Shown here: one piece after another, positions 18,187 through 25,350 of the stretch
Layout of the letters: every line of letters starts with the position of its first letter
Numbering within the stretch: the first letter of the stretch is position 1
Origin: an uncultured Bacilli bacterium
GTDB lineage: Bacteria; Bacillota_I; Bacilli_A; RF39; UBA660
Direction of reading: 5' to 3'
DNA: 37,238 nucleotides
NCBI GenBank assembly: GCA_944331945.1
Contig: CALVJC010000068.1
Span: forward strand, 1 to 37,238
The notes under the pieces: generated by a model
Seen by the model: only the letters and a program-made list of their open reading frames with translations
Told to the model about the DNA's origin: nothing
Database searches by the model: none
Program-made: the position numbers and the translations under genes

Positions 18187-18493
18187 AGATGTATGGATAG
18201 TGTGAAAAATGAAAACTCAAAAAGAAGTAAAAGAAGAAAACTTTAAAATAAGTAAATTAATTAATTAATGAATTATTAAAAAAGATTAAAGGACAAAAAA
18301 GGTAATGATTTTATAGAGTAATTCATTTCTTTTTTATATTATTATAAATTACCAAAATCATTGAAATTAGATAGGTTTTATTGTTTTATCTAATTTTGTT
18401 AAGTTTTAGCATAATAAGAATGAGAAATTTGTTATAAAAATATTGAAGAAAGGGAAGTAGTAATATTATATATGTATAAGGAGAAGTTTGAAT

Positions 18494-19585
18494 ATGTCAC
18501 ATTATAATGCTTATGATAGTTTTAAAACCAAAAAAAGTATAGAAAAAAAACAGCGAGCTAAAGCAAAAGCATTGGGGGAAAAAAGTGAATTAGTAGATGA
18601 TTTTGTTATTAATACTTGTGAAGAATATGGTGTTGCTATAGAAGTTAGATATGATGATGCATATATATTGTACAAAGGAGAAGTAGTGATAGCAAAACTA
18701 AGAAGAGATATTAATTTGGTTTGTAATCAAGTTGTTTTTCCAGGAGATAAAGTTGATGTCGAAAAATCAAATGACACATATATTATTAATCACTTATTAA
18801 AAAGGACTTCAATATTATCAAGAATAAAAAAGGATAGTACCAGATTAAATGATGTAGGGTTAACGAAAAAGATTGCTTCCAATATTGATTTAGCTGTTAT
18901 CGTAGTAGCTGCACAAGAGCCCCCTTTGCATCCGAAATTTATAGATAGATATTTAATGATTCTTCAAAATAGTAATATTCCTGCTGTAATTTGTTTAAAC
19001 AAATGTGATTTGAAAACAGACGAAGATGAAAAAATTTTAGATACATATAGAAATTTGGGAATAGATGTAGTTGAAACTTCCACATATGGTAATATTGGCA
19101 TTGATAATCTAAAAAGCAGATTAATTAATAAGCAAGCAATATTTGTTGGAAATAGTGGTGTTGGCAAATCTTCTCTTACGAATGCTATAATGGGTGATAA
19201 TGAAATAAAAACAAGTCATGTAAGTGATAAAAGTAAACGTGGGAGACATACAACAACTACTTCAAAGTACTATGTATGGGAAGAAAATTCTTCTATTATA
19301 GATACACCAGGTATAAGAAGTTTAGATGTTTCGTCATTTAATCCAATTGAGATTCAAGACTATTTTCCTGAGTTTGAAGGTTGGAGAGATAAATGTAAAT
19401 ATAGTGATTGTATTCATTTTAATGAGCCTTATGATTCTTGTATAGTTAAACAAGGAGTTGCTAATGGATTAATAAATGCAGAACGTTATGAAAGCTATTT
19501 AAGAATAATGAGTGATTTGCTTGGTGAAAAAGATTATGAAGTGATATTGGAAGAAGTAGCTTCAAGAAAACTTCAAAAAAACTAA
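18494..19585 (+). CDS. rsgA: RsgA/YjeQ-family circularly permuted ribosome-biogenesis GTPase (island copy)
   Basis: OB-fold region (VVFPGDKVDV...IINHLLKRTSILSR), G4 LNKCDL, G1 GNSGVGKSSLTNAI, GRHTTT, G3 DTPGIRS, and a C-terminal zinc knuckle CKYSDCIHFNEPYDSC. ATG at 18494 is 10 nt after AAGGAG; the listed TTG at 18488 is too close to the SD. Confidence 0.8.
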   Translation: MSHYNAYDSFKTKKSIEKKQRAKAKALGEKSELVDDFVINTCEEYGVAIEVRYDDAYILYKGEVVIAKLRRDINLVCNQVVFPGDKVDVEKSNDTYIINHLLKRTSILSRIKKDSTRLNDVGLTKKIASNIDLAVIVVAAQEPPLHPKFIDRYLMILQNSNIPAVICLNKCDLKTDEDEKILDTYRNLGIDVVETSTYGNIGIDNLKSRLINKQAIFVGNSGVGKSSLTNAIMGDNEIKTSHVSDKSKRGRHTTTTSKYYVWEENSSIIDTPGIRSLDVSSFNPIEIQDYFPEFEGWRDKCKYSDCIHFNEPYDSCIVKQGVANGLINAERYESYLRIMSDLLGEKDYEVILEEVASRKLQKN

Positions 19586-19670
19586 TTTTCTCTTTGATAA
19601 AGAAGCATGTTATTTTTCCTGGTATAGAATCAATATTTACTCTTTTCATGATTGTAAAAGATTCATGTTT

Positions 19671-20456
19671 TTATAATCTTTGACGATGAGTTAATTTCTC
19701 TGTATTATTTCTTTCGATTTTTCTCATTAATTCTTCACAGGTTTGCTCTGGGTTTTTATTTTTAGTATATAAAGTAATAGTTGCTAACTGTTCATTACAA
19801 GGCACTGATATAAAATGTTTATTATCATTTAATTCTTTTAAAGATACATTTCTTGAAGTAAGTCGATCATTTAATATTTGAATGGATTCTTCTTTATTCT
19901 CGCTTGGTATTATATATACAACATTAGAAAATTTACTTATCAATTTTTGAAATTCAAAAAACATTATAGGATTTTCATAAACGGAATGTCCTGCACCAAA
20001 ATCAATAACAGAAGGTTCTGTTAAATTAGTAAGTATAGAACATGTTAAATAAAATTCGAAATCTTTAAAGTCATTAAAATAATTTCTTTTATCATAAAAA
20101 CTTTTCAATTGTTCTCTATTATCAAGAGAAATTCTTGGCATTTTTAAATTAGTGCTAATCATTTTAGAAAGCGTAGATTTTCCTGTTCCCATTGGTCCTA
20201 TTAATAACACACTATTTTTAATAATATTTTCATCTATATTTTGAGAAACTAATTTTTCCATTAATGATAATTTATGTGCTTGATTAGTTATTTCTTTTTC
20301 AATTTCTTGAATATTTCGCTTATCATTAGCATAGTGTATCTTTACCTGCTCAACATATCGTTTTGGTATATCAGGAAACTTAGCGGATAATAAATCAATA
20401 ATATTATTAGTCTTTTCGTTTTTATTCTGTAAATTATTATAAAATTCCTTGTCCAT
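19671..20456 (-). CDS. Shikimate-kinase-fold P-loop NTPase/kinase with an ~85-aa N-terminal extension
   Basis: Walker A LLIGPMGTGKSTLSKMIS (the GxMGxGKST flavour of the AroK family). ISLDN sits at the DxD position and FGAGHSVYENP at the GGG-lid position. SD GAAGGTG. Confidence 0.6.
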   Translation of the reverse strand: MDKEFYNNLQNKNEKTNNIIDLLSAKFPDIPKRYVEQVKIHYANDKRNIQEIEKEITNQAHKLSLMEKLVSQNIDENIIKNSVLLIGPMGTGKSTLSKMISTNLKMPRISLDNREQLKSFYDKRNYFNDFKDFEFYLTCSILTNLTEPSVIDFGAGHSVYENPIMFFEFQKLISKFSNVVYIIPSENKEESIQILNDRLTSRNVSLKELNDNKHFISVPCNEQLATITLYTKNKNPEQTCEELMRKIERNNTEKLTHRQRL

Positions 20457-20744
20457 ATTGCACCTTCTATATTTTTAATAGTCTATTTGAATTATAACAT
20501 ATAATTAAAAACTTTTTTGTTCAATTTTCATGATTTAGTTAGTGTTTCCAAAGTGTGGAGATTTATGAAAGAAACCTTTACAAAAAAACGATTAAAAACC
20601 TAAAAAGCTTTATAATTGAATTAATGATAAACAATAGAAAGCGGGGTTTTAACTACATGAATATTATACCTTATTAATGAAATTGCTAATCGTTTTAATG
20701 AAAGATTTAAAATTAAGGTTATTATTTTTATTTATAAAAATAGT

Positions 20745-20773
20745 TTTACTTCTCATAAATACCTGTGTATAAT
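20745..20773 (+). promoter_or_regulatory. Putative sigma-A promoter of the HipA-like operon
   Basis: TTTACT (20745-20750), 17 nt, TATAAT (20768-20773). This gives a leader of about 80 nt. Confidence 0.5.
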
Positions 20774-20860
20774 ATATATAAGAATGATTCGTACGGACGT
20801 TCGGTTGAATAATGTAAAAAAATATTATAAAATATATTTAAAATAGGGGGTGGGTCGGTT

Positions 20861-21718
20861 ATGGATAAATATAAAATTTATGAAGAAGGCACTGACTTTA
20901 TTTTCGAGCAAATACAAGATGCTAATACAAAGGGGACAAGAGTAAAAAAGATAGCAATAGATACTTCTTCATATGAAACAGCATATTTTAAATATGAGAT
21001 GTACAATTGTAGCGAATCTTGTTCTGAAAAAATGAGCTATGAAATAGCAAAAGTCTTGGATTATCCATGTGCACATATAGAACTAGCAAGAGATAGAAGA
21101 GGCAATATTGGTATTTTAAATTATTTATTTATCGATAAAGAAAAAGAAGAACATCATGATGCTATTGACTTTATAAATAAAGATGAAAATGAAGCAAAAG
21201 AATATTATACAATTGAAAATATAAAAAAGTGCTTAGATAATATCGATGAAAATTTGTTCGCTGATTTTCTGAAAATAATGGTGTTTGATGCATTAGTTGG
21301 TGAAACAGATCGACATGCTGAAAATTGGGGTATAACAAAAGATAATATCGGTTACAAGTTATCTCCTTTATATGATAATGGAACCAATTTATTAAGAAAT
21401 TTTAAAAATGAAGCATATGCTGAGAAATATTATAGTGGAGTAAGACCATTTGATATATACATAAAAAGGGCAGAATCCCTAATATTTAAAGGTGATCACT
21501 CTAAACAATATAAACTACACGAATTAATACAATACTTATATACAAAATATCCTGAACAAATTGCCCATGAAATTAAAAACCTAGAAAAGCTAACAGCTGA
21601 TAAAATTAGTGAAATTGTAAACAAAATACCAGACGAATTATTGACGGAACAGCATAAAAAGTTTATAATACTCTACCTAAATGAGCGCAAGAAACTACTG
21701 GAAGATATAATAAAATAA
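20861..21718 (+). CDS. HipA-family Ser/Thr kinase, N-terminally short (HipT-like core)
   Basis: Catalytic loop FDALVGETDRHAENWGI (HipA D-x-H-x-x-N), LSPLYDNGT (Mg-binding Asp) and a KGTRVKK loop region. At 285 aa it is much shorter than E. coli HipA (440 aa). SD GGGGGTG. Confidence 0.8.
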   Translation: MDKYKIYEEGTDFIFEQIQDANTKGTRVKKIAIDTSSYETAYFKYEMYNCSESCSEKMSYEIAKVLDYPCAHIELARDRRGNIGILNYLFIDKEKEEHHDAIDFINKDENEAKEYYTIENIKKCLDNIDENLFADFLKIMVFDALVGETDRHAENWGITKDNIGYKLSPLYDNGTNLLRNFKNEAYAEKYYSGVRPFDIYIKRAESLIFKGDHSKQYKLHELIQYLYTKYPEQIAHEIKNLEKLTADKISEIVNKIPDELLTEQHKKFIILYLNERKKLLEDIIK

Positions 21719-21732
21719 AAGAGGGTGATAAT

Positions 21733-22416
21733 ATGTTAGAAAAACTATTGATGATTTGGAAAGCACCAGTCAGTAGAAGAAGATTTATCATTGGGGAATT
21801 ATCAAAAAGTGAAGAAGAGTACTGCTTTAAATATATTAATCCAGAATTAGAAGCAGCTAAAGAAAATGGTTTTAGCTATTTTCCAGGATTTAATGATTTA
21901 AGTAAAACTTATACATCAAATACGTTGTTTAAAAATATTGAAACAAGATTGCCAAATCCATCTAGACCAGATTATTTAGAAATTTTAAATTTATATGATT
22001 TGGAAACAGATTCGAATCAGATGGAGATCTTAAGAGCGACAAAAGGGAGGCTTTTAACAGATAATTTTGAATTTGTACCACCATTTGATAGAAATAAGAT
22101 TGAATTCGATATTGCAGGAACAAGTCATCACTTACTAGATAAAGAAGTGAGAAAAGTATTAAGGGTAAATGATAATTTAGAATTAGAACAAGAACCGGAC
22201 AATAAAGAAGATAGATATGCAATCAAAGTTCTATATGAGTTGGAAGATAAAAAAGTTCTTTTAGGGTATGTTCCCAGATATTATAGCAAAGATCTAACAG
22301 GTTTGTTAGAAAAAGGAACAAAATACTCTGCGAAAATTGAAAGTTTAAAACTAGATAGTGAAATTAGCGATGAAGACGTAACAGCAAGTGTCAAACTTAT
22401 TTTTGAAAACAAATAA
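21733..22416 (+). CDS. Fusion of a HipS-like (HipA N-terminal subdomain) region with a HIRAN domain
   Basis: N-terminus: FIIGELSK..YCFKY..LFKNIETRLPN..EILRATKGRLLTDNFEF parallels HipA VGELTK..HTFKY..FFDNLLPD..LLSEIGRDSVGAV. C-terminus: IAGTSHH..LELEQEPDNKEDRYAIKV..LLGYVPRYYSKDL fits the HIRAN pattern. Starts 14 nt after the kinase gene, with SD AGAGGGTGA. Confidence 0.7.
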   Translation: MLEKLLMIWKAPVSRRRFIIGELSKSEEEYCFKYINPELEAAKENGFSYFPGFNDLSKTYTSNTLFKNIETRLPNPSRPDYLEILNLYDLETDSNQMEILRATKGRLLTDNFEFVPPFDRNKIEFDIAGTSHHLLDKEVRKVLRVNDNLELEQEPDNKEDRYAIKVLYELEDKKVLLGYVPRYYSKDLTGLLEKGTKYSAKIESLKLDSEISDEDVTASVKLIFENK

Positions 22417-22668
22417 TAACAGAGAAACTCTCTCATTCTGATAGTGTAAATAAAGTGTGTAAGTAATGGAAAGACTACACCTTTTTTATATACTCTTTTA
22501 ATAAAAAATCAAATTTCTTCTTCTTTTATTGATTTTATTATATCAGTCAGTAGTTGCTAGGTCAAAAAGAGACATAATCAACTTAAAGTTTACCTAGATC
22601 AATCGAAGAAGTTATGTTATTATAAGTTTGTGAAAAATAAGCAAAGAAAATTTAATGGGGAGAGGAAA

Positions 22669-22705
22669 CAAAAAAACGATTTCTCTTTGATAAGAAAAAT
22701 CGGTT
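22669..22705 (-). terminator. Probable terminator of tRNA-Trp
   Basis: Minus strand, just after the CCA end: CGATTT-14 nt loop-AAATCG followed by TTTTTTT. The stem is short. Confidence 0.45.
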
Positions 22706-22713
22706 ATTTTTCA

Positions 22714-22787
22714 TGGCAGGGGATGAGAGAATCGAACTCCCAACAAAAGTTTTGGAGACTCCTATTATACCATTTAACTAATCCCCT
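22714..22787 (-). tRNA. trnW: tRNA-Trp (anticodon CCA), CCA end encoded
   Basis: Reverse complement reads AGGGGAT-TA-GTTA-AATGGTA-TAAT-A-GGAGT-CTCCAAA-ACTTT-TGTT-GGGAG-TTCGATT-CTCTC-ATCCCCT-G-CCA. This is a full cloverleaf with a 7-bp acceptor stem, a TTCGATT T-loop, anticodon loop CT-CCA-AA and discriminator G. Confidence 0.9.
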
Positions 22788-22799
22788 AGGCATGCTTTG

Positions 22800-22828
22800 A
22801 TTATAGCAAAAATTCTGAAACTAGACAA
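22800..22828 (-). promoter_or_regulatory. Putative promoter of tRNA-Trp
   Basis: Minus strand: TTGTCT (22828-22823), 17 nt ending in TGC, TATAAT (22805-22800). This is about 12 nt upstream of the mature tRNA 5' end. Confidence 0.5.
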
Positions 22829-22867
22829 TACTTTTCTTTAAAATCATATAGTATATTAGGTGATTTT

Positions 22868-23299
22868 ATGACGAATTTATTATCTTATACAAGTAAAGAA
22901 TTGGATTTGTTAGCTAGACTTATGCGTGCTGAGGCAGTTGGTGAAGGGGAATATGGTATGTTGATGGTAGGAAATGTAGGAGTGAATCGGGTTTTGACGA
23001 ATTGTTATACTTTTCGTAATATTAAAACAATTACGCAGATGGTTTATCAAAATCCTGGTGGGTTTGCAGGAATTAATAGTTCGCTTTTTGCCTCTGGTTC
23101 CACAATCAAAGAACGTGAGTTGGCGCAGAGAGTTTTAAGTGGGGAATATTATTATCCTGCTACGAATGCTCTTTGGTTTTATGCTCCTAGTGGTAGTGCT
23201 TCTTGTATTGCTACTTGGTATGATCAAGCTTTGGCTGGGCGCTTTAAAAATCATTGCTTTTATGAGCCAGATCCTGGAATTTGTCCCCCTCTTCATTAG
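22868..23299 (+). CDS. cwlJ: Spore cortex-lytic / cell wall hydrolase CwlJ (SleB/CwlJ family)
   Basis: DLLARLMRAEAVGEGEYGMLMVGNVGVNRV ... WFYAP ... RFKNHCFYEP closely parallels B. subtilis CwlJ (DLMARLLRAEAEGEGKQGMLLVGNVGINRL ... RFKSHCFYQP). 143 aa, SD AGGTGA. Confidence 0.8.
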   Translation: MTNLLSYTSKELDLLARLMRAEAVGEGEYGMLMVGNVGVNRVLTNCYTFRNIKTITQMVYQNPGGFAGINSSLFASGSTIKERELAQRVLSGEYYYPATNALWFYAPSGSASCIATWYDQALAGRFKNHCFYEPDPGICPPLH

Positions 23300-23336
23300 A
23301 AGGCCTTTGCTTATTAGAAGATATAAGGAGAGAATT

Positions 23337-24341
23337 ATGGAATTTATCGAAACAATTAAGGATAGAGTACGTCATTTAAAAAGAAAAAGAATTGTATTAC
23401 CAGAAACGGATGATATTCGGGTTTTAAAGGCGGCTAGTATCGTTTTAAAAGAAGATTTTGCAGATATTATTTTAATTGGGAAAAAGGAAGAAATTTTGTC
23501 TATTTCTAAACAAGAGAACCTTGATTTGGAGTCTTGTTCTTTTGTGGATCCCGAGACTTTTTTCGATAGAGAACTTTTGATTGATCATTATTATGAACTA
23601 CGAAAGCATAAAAATATTACTCATGAGGAAGCAGAAAAAGCTTTACTTGATTATCCTACCTTTGGTGCTATGCTTGTTCGTCTTGGTTATGCGGATGGAA
23701 TGGTTAGTGGGGCTGTTCATTCGAGTGCGGATACCTTGCGCGTTGCTTTACAGATTATTAAGACTTCAAAGATTCAAACGGCTTCTTCTTTCTTTTTGAT
23801 GGTTACACCGCGGGTAGAATATGGAAGTGATGGGGTTTTTGTTTATTCTGATTGTGGAATGAATCAGAATCCTACTAGTGAACAACTTGTGGATATTGCT
23901 TATAGTAGTGCGGAAACATTCCGCTTGTTAGTGGAAAAAGAACCTAAGATCGCGTTTTTATCGCATTCTACTTATGGTTCTTCGAAATGCTCTGATCAAG
24001 AGAAAGTGGTACGGGCGGTTGCTTTGGCGAAAGAGAAATATCCTGATCTTTGTCTTGATGGAGAATTACAATTTGATGCGGCCATCATGGAAGAAGTTAG
24101 AGAGAAGAAAGCGCCAGGTAGTCCATTAAAGGGGAGTGCTAATGTTTTGATTTTCCCTGATTTGGATGCAGGAAATATTGCTTATAAAATTACCGAACGG
24201 TTAGGTCTTGCGAAAGCCTATGGTCCTATTACACAAGGGTTAGCGAAGCCAATCAATGATTTATCAAGAGGATGTAACGAATTTGATATTGTGGGTGCCA
24301 TTGCTATTACGGCTTTACAAGCGGAAGAAGTAGATTCATGA
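23337..24341 (+). CDS. pta: Phosphate acetyltransferase
   Basis: 334 aa from the ATG behind AAGGAGAG. Short-form Pta pattern: RIVLPE.DD.RVLKAA, GYADGMVSGAVHSSADTLR, PDLDAGNIAYK, and DLSRGC near the C-terminus. The listed ORF start at 23139 is an in-frame read-through overlapping cwlJ. Confidence 0.9.
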   Translation: MEFIETIKDRVRHLKRKRIVLPETDDIRVLKAASIVLKEDFADIILIGKKEEILSISKQENLDLESCSFVDPETFFDRELLIDHYYELRKHKNITHEEAEKALLDYPTFGAMLVRLGYADGMVSGAVHSSADTLRVALQIIKTSKIQTASSFFLMVTPRVEYGSDGVFVYSDCGMNQNPTSEQLVDIAYSSAETFRLLVEKEPKIAFLSHSTYGSSKCSDQEKVVRAVALAKEKYPDLCLDGELQFDAAIMEEVREKKAPGSPLKGSANVLIFPDLDAGNIAYKITERLGLAKAYGPITQGLAKPINDLSRGCNEFDIVGAIAITALQAEEVDS

Positions 24342-25225
24342 TTTTAAATGTTAGTGGTCGTACGGATATTGTTGCTTTTTATAGCGAATGGTTTTTTCGA
24401 CGAATGGAGGAGGGGTATCTTGATGTGAGAAATCCCTTTTATCCAAAGCAAGTAAGTCGAATCTTTTTTTCTTGTGTGGATGCGATTGTTTTTTGTACGA
24501 AGAATCCAATCCCTTTGTTACCTTATCTTGATAAAATTACGATTCCTTATGTGTTACAAGTTACTTTAACGGGATACAAAAGAGATATTGAACCTTTTGT
24601 GCCAGATAAGAAAAAAGTAATAGAAGCGATTAAGAAGATCAGTGAGAAAATAGGGAAAGAGAATGTTTATCTTCGTTATGATCCTATTTTCTTAAATAAA
24701 AAGTATACCTTGTCTTATCATATTCGAGCATTCGAAAAGTTAGCATCTTTGCTTTCTTCTTCGGTGTCTTGTGTTATTATTTCTTTTTTAGATGATTATA
24801 AGAACGTACGAGAGCATCAAAGTGATTTGCAAGTAATTCCTTTTGCGGAAGAGGATTATAAGACGTTAGGTCTTTCTTTTTCATCGATTGCCAAGAAGTA
24901 TGGGATGACGATTCAAACTTGTGCGGAAGAGAAAAATTTAGCTTGCTATGGCTTTCAGATAGGAAGTTGTGTGGATGCTTTTTTGGCTTATCGTTTAACC
25001 GGGAAAACGAAGTGGAAAAAATGGAGTGCCAGAAAGAATTCTTTTTGTCATTGTGTTCAGATGACGGATGTAGGGGTTTATAATACTTGTAGACATTTTT
25101 GTCGTTATTGCTATGCTAATTATGATGAGAAAAAAGTACGAGAGAATCAAGAGAAACATATTCCTTCTTCTTCTTGTTTAATTGGTACGGTAGAGGAAGA
25201 AGATATTGTTAAAGTTTGGAAATAA
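24338..25225 (+). CDS. DUF1848-family protein (Cys-rich C-terminus)
   Basis: N-terminus ILNVSGRTDIVAFYSEWFFRRMEEGYLDVRNPFYPKQVSRI is typical of DUF1848. C-terminal cluster CHC...CRHFCRYCYA. ATGA overlap with the pta stop. Confidence 0.65.
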   Translation: MILNVSGRTDIVAFYSEWFFRRMEEGYLDVRNPFYPKQVSRIFFSCVDAIVFCTKNPIPLLPYLDKITIPYVLQVTLTGYKRDIEPFVPDKKKVIEAIKKISEKIGKENVYLRYDPIFLNKKYTLSYHIRAFEKLASLLSSSVSCVIISFLDDYKNVREHQSDLQVIPFAEEDYKTLGLSFSSIAKKYGMTIQTCAEEKNLACYGFQIGSCVDAFLAYRLTGKTKWKKWSARKNSFCHCVQMTDVGVYNTCRHFCRYCYANYDEKKVRENQEKHIPSSSCLIGTVEEEDIVKVWK

Positions 25226-25304
25226 ACTTGTCTATCTTTGTCAAATTTTCTCTTTTTTTATCATTTTCTCTTTTCTCCTTTTTTTCTTTCCTATATAATT
25301 AATA

Positions 25305-25335
25305 GTACGCCTCTAAAAAAAGAGGGGTACTTTTT
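25305..25335 (+). terminator. Rho-independent terminator of the pta-DUF1848 unit
   Basis: GTACGCCTC (25305-25313) pairs with GAGGGGTAC (25322-25330), 9 bp with one mismatch, then TTTTT. Confidence 0.6.
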
Positions 25336-25350
25336 CTTGGAGATGATGAA

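Larger units (their letters stand above)
18187..22668. other. Accessory four-gene segment with distinct codon usage, adjacent to the 3' end of tRNA-Trp
   Basis: Long AT-rich spacers (18187-18493, 20457-20860, 22417-22668). Arg is almost always AGA and NCG codons (GCG, ACG, CGN) are nearly absent, while they are abundant in flanking genes. No integrase and no att repeat is visible. Confidence 0.55.

Noticed and set aside
18209-18268. 19-codon ORF (MKTQKEVKEENFKISKLIN) in the left island spacer.
   Set aside because: It has no Shine-Dalgarno sequence, is very short, and has the Lys/Glu-rich composition expected from random A-rich DNA.
22425-22440. The CTCTCAT segment after the HIRAN gene resembles the tRNA-Trp T-arm/acceptor junction, so I considered a partial tRNA duplication marking an att site.
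   Set aside because: Only 7 nt match, and the orientation is opposite to the tRNA gene, so it cannot be the direct repeat left by integration.
18196-22454. Possible direct repeats flanking the island: GATAGTGTGAAAAA at 18196-18209 and GATAGTGTAAATAA at 22440-22453.
   Set aside because: Only 8 contiguous identical bases, in AT-rich spacers of about 300 bp each. A match of that length is expected by chance. It shows no relation to the tRNA sequence, so it is not credible as att sites without comparative data.
22714-22787. Tempting link: E. coli HipT phosphorylates tryptophanyl-tRNA synthetase, and the HipT-like module here sits beside tRNA-Trp.
   Set aside because: The tRNA adjacency is best explained as an island insertion site. 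The tRNA has its own promoter and terminator. Nothing in the sequence indicates a functional connection.
23139-23336. N-terminal 66-aa extension of the pta ORF, overlapping cwlJ in another frame.
   Set aside because: The extension is Leu/Ile/Val junk with no SD. The ATG at 23337 has AAGGAGAG upstream and yields a canonical-length Pta. cwlJ is well supported in its own frame.
25230-25300. A long polypyrimidine (T/C) tract after the DUF1848 gene.
   Set aside because: It has no ORF and no repeat unit. It sits just before a normal terminator, so it is likely only compositional.
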